From Ginglymostoma cirratum (taxonomy: Eukaryota): a stretch of DNA of 57,347 bases. The translations under genes and the position numbers were made by a program. Location: contig JAHRHZ010000168.1 in assembly GCA_024137785.1 (NCBI GenBank), forward strand, positions 55,839 to 113,185, written 5' to 3'. Shown in pieces: positions 23,101 through 34,279 of the stretch. Positions within the stretch are counted from its first letter, which is position 1. Every line of letters begins with the position of its first letter. A model generated the notes under the pieces. That model made no database searches, was not told the DNA's origin, and worked only from the letters and a program-made list of their open reading frames with translations.

Positions 23101-25020
23101 GAAAGCTGGTGTGAGATCCGGTGTCAGGCTCGAGTGTTTGGAACGGGAGTGAAATGGAGGATAAGAGAGTTCAGAGGAAAAATATCAGGTGTCCAGTTCG
23201 GTGGCCGAAGTGGACCTGTCTCTCATGCGTCTGTTTGTGTAAATGTGTGACATGGCTGAGAAGGTGAACGTTTGATGTAGAGTCTGCCTTTACCCTCCTG
23301 AGCGTGGGTGAAGCCATAACTGCCTGTCTGATGTTTTGGAGCAGAAGACTGATGGTGTCATCGGGTGTTGCTGCTGTTGCTAATCGCTCAGTGATCAGAG
23401 AGGTTTCAGTTCCTCCACCGATATGACCCTTCCCTTCCCCTCCATCTGGAGCTAGTTACCACACCACCTGCAACCCCTTCAAAAACAACCGGAAAACAGC
23501 ATCACTTCAGCTCTTGGTAACTAAAATGAGGTACTTGAAATGTCACCCAGTTCCCCTGAGTTTAAGGTCGAGGGAAGGTGCTGTGTTGAACTCAGACGCA
23601 CCCTTGGAGTCAGCTCTTCAACTGTGTGAATCGTCATTGCAGTGGCTTTAATCAGACTGGTAAAGGGTTATTTTTGTACATCAGCTTTCAAACCAACAAG
23701 CCTTAGAATACAACCTAACACTCCATCTGAACAAGAGGAGGCCATTCAGTCCTTCATCCATGCCACGCTGTTCTGTACAACCTAGGCTGATTGCTACACA
23801 ACCCCCCATTCCTTTCGCAGATACCTCGCCTCATTTCGTGCACAAAATTTGACTCATTTCAGCGTCTATCAGTCATAGAGAATGCTATAGATTCACGAGG
23901 CTCTGAGTTAAAGAATTTCTCTTCATCTCATCCAAATTGCCTGTTCACATAGGCTGGAAGGTGTTCTCGACTCTGCAGCTAGTGACTTTGGAATGGGGCA
24001 GTAGAATGTTGCTGGAGGTGGGACTGAGAGCAATGTGTCTCCACATCAACCCTGTCAGACCTTCTCAAACTCTGATATCTTTCCATTCTAATTTTGCGAG
24101 ATTTTAGGCGCACTCCCCTCATCGGGCAACCCCTTCCCCTTGGTGAATCTCCATAGTGATCCCTCAGAGAATAATCTATCGTTCCACAGGTGAGGAGACC
24201 ACAACTCTGCACATTGCTGCTGGAGTACTCTCACCAACATATTGTATAACTGCAGTAAAATATGTGTTGTTTGGCATTAGGTGAGAGTTGAGCCCAGATT
24301 TTCTAGCTCAAAGGTAAGGAAATTGCTACTGCACCAGAAGGGTCATTAAAAATTCTTCCTGCTATATTCTTGCTCTTTCACAATAAATTCTTGCACAGTC
24401 CTTCTGCAAACATTCACTCCTGCCACTCAGTAGCAGCAGTGTGTACCCATCCACAAGATGCACTGCAGAACTTCGCCAAAGGTCATTTGCACTTTCCAAA
24501 CCCACAGCCATTTCAAACCGAAAGGTCAACGACCGCTGTAACATAGTAACACCATCCCCTGCAAGTTCCCCTCCAAACCACTCACCATTCTATCATGAAC
24601 ATTTAATGGCCATTTCTTCAGTGTTGCTAGGTCAAAATTCCCTCCCTAATAGCACTGTGGATACCTCTACACCATACAGGACTGTACTGGTTCAAGAAGC
24701 CATCTCACCACCACCTTCTCAAGGGTCAAATAAGGGTGATAAATGCAGTCCCAAACAGGGACCCCACATCCCACAGCTGAATACAAGAAGTATTATTTCC
24801 TTTCCTAATCTGCGTGCTGTGCAGCTTGTTAACTTTCCCTATTCCCTGTATCCGTAATTCTTCTGACAATTCCTCTGACAACAAAAATATCTCTGGCCTT
24901 CCAGAAATATCCTTGTTGCCTTTCCTCCGACCAAAGTGAATAATTCCACATTTTCCACATCAAAGTCCACCTACCACTTCCTTACCCAATTGCTAATGCA
25001 GTCTCTATCCCTTTTCAACC
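22810..25020 (+). repeat. Local duplication, copy A
   Basis: Colinear similarity to 26557-29585 (e.g. ATGCGTCTGTTTG.GTAAATGTGTGACAT and GCTGCTGTTGCTAATCGCTCAGTGATCAGAG shared). Confidence 0.85.
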
Positions 25021-25194
25021 TCACTATTCCACTTCAAAGCCGACTCTCCTTCAAAGATTCATATCTTCATCTCCTCCTTCTGCCAAGTTCTCTTCACAGA
25101 TGGCCACACCATTACTAATTTAAAATCATGACAAGACCGAGGCCAGACGTACATTCCATATGTCACGGATCCTGACTCAAAGCAGAGCGCTGAA

Positions 25195-26810
25195 TAGGAA
25201 GTGACAGAGATAAGAGGGGTGTCGGGATGGGACTGCTACAGAGATAAGGACGGTGTGTTAGGGCTGGAGGAGGTGACAGAGATAGGGAGTGGTGTGGAGG
25301 TCGGAAGGGTTGACAGTGATAAGGACTGGGATTGCAATGGAGGTAATTACAGAGATGTGGAGCTTTCTATGGGTTGGTGGAGGTTACAGAGATAGAGAGG
25401 CGTGTAGCAGCTGGAAGGGGCTACAGAAATAAGGAGATGATGTACGGCGTGGAGGAGGTGACAGAGAGAGGGTATGGTGTATGACCTGGAGGAGTTTACA
25501 GCGATAAGGAAAGAAGTAGGATGAAGGGGGTTAAAGAGAGAATAAGGCGTTATAGAATGGAGGGTGTTACAGAGGTAGGTTGTGATGTAAGGCCTGGAGG
25601 AAGTTACAGAGGTAGGGATGGAGGAGGTGGAGAAGACTATGGAGATAGGGAGGCGTGTAGCATTTGGTGAAGGTCACTGAGAAAGGCATTGTTGTAGGGT
25701 CTGGTGAGGGATGTGCAGCTCAGAGAAGTTTGCACGGACGTTGTTGGGTGTGGGGGCTGCTGGAGGTAACAGACGTAGGGAATGGAATACGGGCTTGAAG
25801 AGGTGACACAAATAGAGAGGATGTAGGGAATGGAGGGAGGTTACGGGGTAGTGAGGGGTTCAGACGGGTTCAGGGATGGCAGAGGTTACGGAGATAAGGA
25901 GAGCTTTAGTGAATGAAGAAAGTGACAGAGATAGGGAGTAAATAGAGACCGGAGCAGGCTACAGTGAGGGGGAAGCGCGTGGAGGCTGGAGGAGCTGACA
26001 GAGCGATTAAGTGGTTTAGGAGGTGGAAGAGGTTGCAGACATATGGATGAGCGTAGGGCCTGGTTACAGAAATAAGGAAGGTGCCCGGGCTGCAGGTGGA
26101 AACAAAGGTAGGGAGTGATGCAGTGTCCAGAGCATGTTGCAGAGGTAGGTAGGAATATAAGCACTCGAATTGGTTGAAGACATAGGGATGGATGTAGGAA
26201 TTGGAGGAGTTGACAGAAATAGGGGAATCTACTGGCTGGAGAAAGTGGCAGAGATAGGGACGGGTATAGGAGCTTAAGCAGCTTATGGAGATGAAGTGGA
26301 ATATCGGAGCTGTAGGAGGTGACAGTGATAGGGAGATGTTTGGGGCTGGAAACAGTTACAGAGGAAGGGTGTAAGGACTGTTGGTGGTTACAGGGACAAG
26401 GAGGGTTGTAGGGGCTTGAGGGTGTTACAGAGATGGGTGGGGTGGAGGGGTTTAGAGAGAAAGTGGAGGGTAAAGGACTTGGAGTTGGTGCCAGAGACAG
26501 GAAGGGCTATGGGGCTGGAGGCAGTTACTGAGATAAGGATGTGGTGTAGCAGACGACAGTGACAGGTAAGATTTTAGGGGCTAAGGTTGTGACAAACACA
26601 CAGAGGGGCTTAAGGGATAATGAATTTGCAGAAATATGGAGAAGTGTAGGATTTGGAGGTGATTATAGAGATATGGAAAGATATAGCGGATGGAGGGTGT
26701 TTCAGAGATCGGATGGGTGAGGGATGGAATGTGTTACACAGGGCAAGGAGTGGTGTAGAGGCCGGAGAAGTTTATAGAAATGGGAGGGGTGTGGGATGTG
26801 GATTTTTGAA
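25195..26810. repeat. Purine-rich degenerate ~37-bp satellite, array 2
   Basis: Same unit as 20765-23100. Confidence 0.9.
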
Positions 26811-27454
26811 ATCTGGTGTGAGATCCAGTGTGGAGCTCGAGTGTTTTGGAATGGAGAATAAGAGGGCGCCGAACGTAACCAGCAGAAGTCCACTTCAGTT
26901 ATTTTGAGTGACGAGTCTCTTATGCGTCTGTTTGCGTAAATGTGTGACATTTCTGGAAGGGTGAGCTTTTGATGGAGGCTCTGCATTTTCCCTTCCGCTC
27001 GTGGGTGAAGCCACAGCTGCCTCTGTGATGCATTGGAGCAGACGACTGACGATACCACAGCGTGCTGCTGTTGCTAATCGCTCAGTGATCAGAGGGGTTT
27101 CAGTTCTTCCACCGACATGACCCTCCCCTTCCCCTTCATCTGGAGCGAGTGACCACACGCACCTGCGGTCTCTTCACAAACAGGCCAAAAGTAGCATCGT
27201 TTCAGCTCTTGGGGGCTAAAATCAGGCACTCGAAAATGCCACCCAGGTCCCCCATGTTTGTGGTCGAGATTCTGTGCTGTGTTGTACTCAGATGCAGAGG
27301 CAGTCTTGGATCCGGCTCTTGTATTGTGTGAATCATCATTGAGATGGGTTTAACCAGACTGTGAACTGGTTATTGTTGTACAGCAGCTTTCACAGATTCT
27401 CACGGCATGGAAGGAGGCAATCCATCCCATCGAGTCCACACCACATCCTGGGGA

Positions 27455-27800
27455 AGCATTGACCTAGTGGTATTATCGCTGGACTGTTAATGCAGCGACC
27501 CAGACAACGTTCTGGGGACCCGGGTGTGAATCCCGCCACAACAGATGGTGGAATTTGAATTCAATAAAATATCTGGAATTAAGAATCTAATGATTACCAT
27601 GAATCCATTGCCGATCGTCGGGAAACCTGTCTGGTTCCCCTTTAGGGAAGGAAATTGATAATCATACCTGGTCTTGCGTACATGTGACTCCAGACCCAAT
27701 AGCAATGTGGTTCACTCTTAACTGCCCACGAGTGAATTAAGGATGAGCAATAAATGCTGGCCTAGCCAGCTATGCCCTCATCCTGTGAATGAATAGAAAA
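27455..27800 (+). mobile_element. tRNA-derived Deu-type SINE (SacSINE1-like) nested in an HE1 SINE
   Basis: A/B-box-like head (CTAGTGG..GGGTGTGAATCCC), ACATGTGACTCCAGACCC core, AATAAATGCTGGCCTAGCCAGC tail. Confidence 0.75.
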
Positions 27801-27804
27801 CACC

Positions 27805-28085
27805 AACCCTTCCACGAGCATCCCACCCAGACCGTGCACCTAAATTATCCAGGTAACCCTACATTTCTCATGGCTGGTCCACACAGCCTGCACATTCCTG
27901 GATACTACGGGGCAATTTAGCATGGCCAATCCACCTAAGCTGAACATCGTTGAACTGTGGAAGGGAACCAAAGTACCAGGAGGAAAACCACACAGATTTA
28001 GGGCGAATGTGCAAACTCCATCAAACCCGAGTCCCTGGCACTGTGAGGCAGCAGTGTTAATCACTGAGACACTGTGTCGCACCAA
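27805..28085 (-). mobile_element. HE1-like V-SINE
   Basis: Reverse complement CACTGCTGCCTCACAGTGCCAGGGAC..TGGAGTTTGCACATTC..GGCCATGCTAAATTGCCC; its 3' tail lies at ~27390-27450. Confidence 0.8.
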
Positions 28086-29594
28086 TAAACCAGCATGCCT
28101 TAGAAAACAGGTAAACGTTCCTCCTAAGAAAGAGGAAGACCTTCGGCCCCTAATTGTGCTCTGCTCTTCGGTACAATCATAGGTGATTGCACCACAACTT
28201 CACTTTCCTACCATTTATCCCTCGAATCACTTTGTGTGTAAAATTGTACCCATCAGAATCTTCGACAGACATAAAGAATGCCACAGATTCACCATCCTCT
28301 GAGCTAAAGAATTTCTCTTCATCTCAATCCAAATTGGCTGATCCCTTGTGTTGCAACGTATTCTAGATTCTCGAGCAAGTGGCCTTGATACAGAGGGGTT
28401 TGAGCTTTGCTGGAGGGCGGGGGAGTACAGACTGTCCACATCCACCTTGTCAAAACCTTTCAAAATCTGATACCTTTCAATGAGATCACCTCTCATTCTT
28501 CGAATTGCAAGAGGTTTTATATATACTCTCCCTGCAGAGCAGCCCCTTCTCCTTTATGAAGCTTCACTCTGTTCCCTCAGGGATGGGTCTATCATTCCGT
28601 AGGTGAGGAGACCACAACTGCAGGAGTACGCTCATCAACTCATTGTATAACAGCAGTTAAATCTTCACTACTAGATATTTTTATACGTCTGCTCAAATAC
28701 GTCATGACACATCTCTGGAGTAGGTGATAACTGAACCCAGACTTCCTGGCTCGAAGGTAATGAAATTACCGTTTCACCACAAGGGACCTAAAATTCATTC
28801 CTGATATTCTCTTGACCCCTCACAATAAATCCTTAAATGCTATTTCTACAAACACACTCCCTCTCTCATGGATGCTCAGTTGCAGCATTCAGGGGATGAG
28901 GAAGTCGCTGACTAGGCAGCATTTACTGTCCATCCCTAATTTCCCAGTGGGCAGTTAAGAGTCAACCACATTTCTGTAGGTCTGGAGTCACATATAGGCC
29001 AGATCAGGTAAGGATGGCAGTTTCATTCCCTATAAGATGCACAGCAGAAATTTGCCAAGAATCCTTAGCACCTTCCAAACCCATGACCACTTCCATCTAG
29101 AAAGACAAGGGCAGCAGATACATGGAAACACCGCCTCTTGCAAGCACCCCTCCAAATCACTCACTATCCTGACTTTGAAATATATCAGCTGTTCCGTCAG
29201 GGTTGTTAAGTCAAAAGGTTCTCTCTCATCACACTGTGGGTGTCCCAATGCGACACGGATGACAAAGGTTCAAGAAGTCATCTCATCACCTTTTCAAAGG
29301 GCAACTAAGAACGAGTAAATGCTGTTCCAACAAGATCCCCATATCACACAGCTGAATCTAAAAGTATAATTTGCTTTCAAAACCGCATGCGGCAATGTTT
29401 GTTAACTTTCTTTATTCCCTGTATCCGCAATTCTTCTGACAACCAAATTTATCCAAGCCCCTTCAGAAATACCCTGTTTTCCCCTTCCTCTAACCAAACA
29501 GAATAATTCCTCACTTTCCTACATCAATGCCTATTTACCTCTTCCGTACCCAATTACTAATGTAGTCTCTCTCTCCCTTTCAACTTTATTCCTT

Positions 29595-29750
29595 TAGGGG
29601 ATGAGAGCATCGCTGGCGAGGCAGAATTTATTGCCCATCCTTAATTGCCCAGAAGGCAATTAAGAGTCAACCACATGAGGGCCAGACCAGGTAATGATGG
29701 CAGTTTCCTTCTTTCAAGGGCATTAGTGAACCAGAAGGGTTTTTCTTATA
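29595..29750 (-). mobile_element. Deu-type SINE fragment
   Basis: ATTTATTGCCCATCCTTAATTGCCC..TTAAGAGTCAACCACAT; similar piece at 28890-29030. Confidence 0.65.
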
Positions 29751-30250
29751 ATCCTTTCCTTAGAGGGATATGGGATAAATGCAAGCAAATGGGAAGAATT
29801 CAGTTTAGGAAATCTGATCTGCTTGGACGCATTGGGCCAAAGGGCCTGTTTCCATGCTATATATGCCTCTATGACTCTGTAAGTCGATGACCCCAGGGAA
29901 GCAGAGAAAGAGAAATGGGAAGTGCAATTGGTTTTTTTTAATTGCATGTTTTCAAAAAGGAGTTGAATATGTTTCTTAGGGCTAAATTGGGAAGAGGAGA
30001 ATGAGTTGAATGATCAGACATGATCCAGTTGAGTTGACTGATCGACTTGATCCTATTGTAAGGCAAAGCAGCCTCGAAGAGCTGAATGGCCCATGTCTGT
30101 CCCTATTTACGATGTTCCTATGAACACAAAATCCATTCAGACATTAAACATTCGTAAATGCAAAAGTTCAGAAGATGGACAACGATGTAAGAAGCCAGAA
30201 ATAGATCGGTGAAAACCCGGAGTGCCGATTTGCCTGGTCTCTGCCCCTTC

Positions 30251-30273
30251 ATTTGCATTCCAGTGATTAAATA
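30251..30273 (+). promoter_or_regulatory. Ig light-chain V promoter: octamer plus TATA-like box
   Basis: Perfect light-chain-orientation octamer ATTTGCAT 30251-30258, TTAAATA 30267-30273; near-octamer ATTTGCCT at 30228-30235. Confidence 0.9.
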
Positions 30274-30399
30274 GAGCCGGTGGGCCCTCTCCAATTTACG
30301 GGCACTGGGCGCAGACCATTTCCCGGGAGTTTACAACAAACAGTTCAACTGAAGGTTACACTCGGGCGGCTGGCTGCTTCCATGCATTCTCCAGCGAAA

Positions 30400-30448
30400 A
30401 TGTTTTGGACGCTGCATCTGTTGTGGGCTCTGCTGCTCCACGTCACAG
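30400..30448 (+). CDS. Ig light chain leader exon
   Basis: MFWTLHLLWALLLHVT(G), hydrophobic signal peptide; phase-1 donor G|GTCAGA; alternative in-frame ATG at 30382. Confidence 0.92.
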
Positions 30449-30529
30449 GTCAGAAATTGCCTTGGAGTAACATCTGTCTATTAAATACTGGTCAGTTTTG
30501 TTTCATCCTGTGTGTTTCTTTAATTGTAG

Positions 30530-30877
30530 GTACCTTGGCTGATGCTGTCCTCAACCAGAGTCCAATTTCTGACCCAGTTTCTGTTGGTCAGACCGCCCGG
30601 TTGAAGTGTGTGCTGCCGAACGATAGTGTGGACAGTTACGACGTGCGTTGGTACCGACAGAGTCTCGGAGAAACCCCAGTGTTTGTGCTCCAGCATAAGG
30701 TTGATGGTGCAATACACAGAGGCACCGGCTTCACTGACCGTTTCCAACCTTCTCGAGACTCCTCCACTAGCAGTTACATCCTAACCATCGAAAACGTGGT
30801 CTCTGATGATGCTGCCATCTATTACTGTGAAATGTGGGGATACATCTTAGGAGGTGGAACCGCCCTGACAGTTCGGA
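30530..30877 (+). CDS. Germline-joined VJ exon, Ig light chain sigma-cart (type I/NS5-like)
   Basis: Acceptor TGTAG|G; DAVLNQSPISDPVSVGQTARLKC..WYRQ..RGTGFTDRF..DAAIYYC-EMWGYI-LGGGTALTVR; donor A|GTAAGT; no intervening RSS; the PISDPVS and RGTGFTDRF frameworks and long CDR2 match shark type I L chains as I recall them. Confidence 0.95.
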
Positions 30878-31059
30878 GTAAGTGATTCTGTTTTGTCTCC
30901 CTCTCTCTCTCCCTCTATCTATCTATCTGCCTCTCTCTCTCTATCTATCTATCTACTTATCTCTCATTCAGATGAGTTCAATTTTTATCCCTTCAGAGTC
31001 GATACTGTTTCCATATGTCACCAAATCACGATTTAATACATTTTGCAACATATCTAACT

Positions 31060-31990
31060 CATACTCACAAGACAAATTATTATATCAATAATTCTGCTAG
31101 TCACAGATGCAAACAGGACAGACAGTTGATGATATTAANNNNNNNNNNNNNNNNNNNNNNNNNNNNNNNNNNNNNNNNNNNNNNNNNNNNNNNNNNNNNN
31201 NNNNNNNNNNNNNNNNNNNNNNNNNNNNNNNNNNNNNNNNNNNNNNNNNNNNNNNNNNNNNNNNNNNNNNNNNNNNNNNNNNNNGCACACACAAGTCGGA
31301 TAGAATATATCAATAATTCTCACGTACAGGTCAGTGTTTTATTAATAATTCTCTCTCTTTTAAAGAAACACACAGGGAAGAGTATTATTTGTATCAATAA
31401 CTCTCTCTATCACTTGCCGTTGCCCTTTCTCACACACGCACATAGGTCAGAGATTAAATCAATAATCCTCTACCACACGCGCAGCTCAGTGTTATATTAA
31501 TAATTCTCTCTCACACACGCGCATAGAGGTTAGCATTTTATATGAACCAATTATTCTCTTACACATAGGTCAGATAGCTGTATTTATAACTCTATCTTTC
31601 TGTCTCGCACACACAAGTCACAGTGTTATTACACGTACATTAATCAATCTCTCAGTCTTGACTCCTCTGACACACACACACACACACACAGGTCATTGAT
31701 ATATATTAATCTTTCTCTCCTTTTCACGCACATGCACACAAGTTAGAGTACTATACGTTAATAATTTTTTATCTCTGTCCTACACACACAAACACACACA
31801 AATACAGACACACAGCCAGAGAGTTACATATATTAATGATTCTCTGTCCCTCACACAATTCTAAGTTTTAGATATATAAATAATTCTCCCTCACATACAA
31901 ATATGAGTTAATCTTTTTCTTCATATATATAATTCTCTCTCTCTCTCTCTCTCCGTCTCCCCTCTCGCCCCTCCCCCCCAACACACACAG
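31060..31990. repeat. Degenerate minisatellite filling the J-C intron
   Basis: Repeated ATATATTAATAATTCTCTCT..CACACACAGGTCAGTG-like units; includes a 145-N gap. Confidence 0.75.
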
Positions 31991-32319
31991 GTAGTGATGA
32001 TCAGAAACCATCTGTCCTTCTGCTACCTCCTTCACCAGAGCAAATAGACACGGGATCAGCCACTCTGTCCTGTCTGGTGAGTCGCTTTAAGCCGGGCTTT
32101 GTGCAGATCCGCTGGAGCATAGATGGAAAAGAGACAGAGAGCGGGGTGACCACAAGCGCTGTGTCCCCAGACAGTGATCAAAGTTACAGCCTGAGCAGTT
32201 ACCTGACAGTTCCGGCCACTGACTGGAAGAAAGGTTCCAGATATTCCTGCAGTGTGAGGCACAGTTCACTGAACTCTCCTCTCCTCAACACCATCAGCTC
32301 CAGTGACTGTCAGCTCTGA
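31991..32319 (+). CDS. Ig light chain constant exon (sigma-cart type)
   Basis: Acceptor CACAG|GT; (S)SDDQKPSVLLLPPSPEQIDTGSATLSCLVSRFKPG..W..YSLSSYL..YSCSVRH..SSDCQL*; C1-set Cys/Trp and C-terminal interchain Cys intact. Confidence 0.96.
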
Positions 32320-32610
32320 GGTGTAATATGTCACGGGTCAGTCACTGTATGCCAAACGGCACAGTGTTGTTTGATTTTTACTTTATAATGTAATTTTTGC
32401 AGCAATGTCAGTATTTGGTGAACGCGTCAAACATTGAACGGTTTCAGGAGTAGGTGGAATGGTTGTTCCCCTTGGTGAGTGGGAATTTCCTGTTGCAATT
32501 GTCGCCAGAATTTTGTGTGCAAACTCTTGATCCGGGTAGAATGGGGTGTAATCTCCCTTTTTAGACAATGACCATGTTGCATTTGTGAACTTTCCGGAAA
32601 TACAGCTCTG

Positions 32611-32616
32611 AATAAA
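32611..32616 (+). terminator. Probable polyadenylation signal of the light-chain gene
   Basis: First AATAAA downstream of the C-exon stop. Confidence 0.6.
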
Positions 32617-32904
32617 TATGAGATGATACCACGAAATGACTCCTCTTCATTATTGAGCACTGAAAGTGGCACTGTTGGACTTGGTAGTGGATAGTTTACA
32701 CCTGTAACAATATTACACCGAATTACATCAAATGATGGCATAGGAACATACTCCAAAAATATCTGCCTCAACCACTCCCTGCAGAAGCGAGTCCCTCATT
32801 CTACCCCATTTCCCATGGGAGCGAGTCTCCCATTCTCCGCCTTTCCCCATGGGAGCGACTCACCCTTTCTCTCCCCACTCCCCAGAGGAGCAAGTCCCCT
32901 GTTC

Positions 32905-33085
32905 TAGAATCAGAATTAGAATCCCTGCAGTGTGGAAACAGGCCCTTCGGCCCAACAAGTCCACACCGACCCTTGGAGCATCCCACCCAGACCCATCCCC
33001 CTATAACCCACACACCCCTGAACACGATGGGCAATTTAACATGGCCAATCCACCTAGCCTGCACATCTTTGGACTGTGGGAGGAA
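32905..33085 (-). mobile_element. HE1-like SINE 3' half
   Basis: Reverse complement CCCACAGTCCAAAGATGTGCAGGCTAGGTGGATTGGCCATG.. with CR1-like (GATTCT)n tail. Confidence 0.75.
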
Positions 33086-33606
33086 TTCTGCTCCATTTCT
33101 TGCAGGAACGAGTGCACCATCCTTCCCCTACCCCCTGTTGGAGCGAGTTCCACAATATCCCTGCTTGAAGGTGTTTCTCCTGAATTCCTGACTGAATTTA
33201 TCGGGATTGGGTGATGTTGACCAAAGTCAGTTTTGTTTGTTACAGAAGTGAAACATTCCACTCTATCAAACTCTCAGAATTTTAAAAACCTCAATCAAAC
33301 CTCATGTCGTTGAGCTCTCTATTTTTAGACAGAATAGTTCCAGCCTGATCACAGTCCTGATTAATCTAACCTTCCAGCTTGTCATTGATCTTGTTCATGA
33401 TAGCAGCTTTGGAATCCCTCTATAATTCTGATAGAATTAGGTTCCCTGGACTCTATACTTCAGTGCAGTCTAATTGACAAGAGTAAATAATGGGTACAGT
33501 GTCTAAAACACATGCTGAGTGAGGGGAAGCACAATGAGGGTCATAAAGAAGAAACCCAGAGAGAGGTCTCTGTGTCCGCTCTGTTTTCCAGTCCAGCCTG
33601 AATGTG

Positions 33607-33645
<39 letters not shown>

Positions 33646-33879
33646 TTTTTATACATTCTCTGTCTTACATACTCTCTAAATTCCCTCTATCTCTCTTACA
33701 CAGGCCCTCACTAACTCTTTCTCACACTTTCACTTTTTCACATACTTACACCTTCTAATTCACACACACACATATTCACACAGACGTATACACACTCACC
33801 CTTTCTCTTACATGCACTCTCTCTAACTCTCTTTCTCACACTCACCCTTTCTCTCTTATACACACGCTGTCACTCCAAT

Positions 33880-34180
33880 TGGCAATGGCCTAGTGGTTAT
33901 TTTCGCTGGACTATTACTGCAGAATCCCAGATAATGTTCTGAGGACCCGGTTTTAAATCCTGCCATGGGGAAAAATCTGGAATTATGAGTCTAATGATGA
34001 CCGTGAATCCATTGCCAATTGTTGGGAAAAAGAAACTAATCTGCTCACTAATGCCCTACATGTGACTCCAGACCCACAGCAATGCATTTGACTCTTAACG
34101 GTCCTCTGGGCAATTAGGATGGGCAATAAATGCTGCCTAGCCAGCGATGCCCATATGCTGTGAACAAATCAAAAAAAATC
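33880..34180 (+). mobile_element. Deu-type SINE
   Basis: Homologous to 27455-27800, A-rich end. Confidence 0.75.
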
Positions 34181-34279
34181 TCTTCCTATCTTACATGTAC
34201 ATTCACACAAGCGTTCCCTTACTCTCACACATGTTCTCTTTTTCATGCACTGTCTTTCACACACACATATCCAGAATTC

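Larger units (their letters stand above)
26557..29585 (+). repeat. Local duplication, copy B (with extra SINE insertions)
   Basis: Colinear with 22810-25020 except for insertions at ~27390-28095 and ~28890-29030. Confidence 0.85.

Noticed and set aside
27455-28085. tRNA-like A/B boxes
   Set aside because: They are SINE heads, not tRNA genes; no full cloverleaf.
30280-30885. 201-aa single-exon ORF from the ORF track
   Set aside because: Starts at GTG at or before the likely TSS and reads through the leader intron and J donor; the real gene is spliced.
31619-31660. CACAGTG heptamer in the J-C intron (also 32360-32366) as possible RSS
   Set aside because: No ACAAAAACC-like nonamer at 12 or 23 bp spacing.
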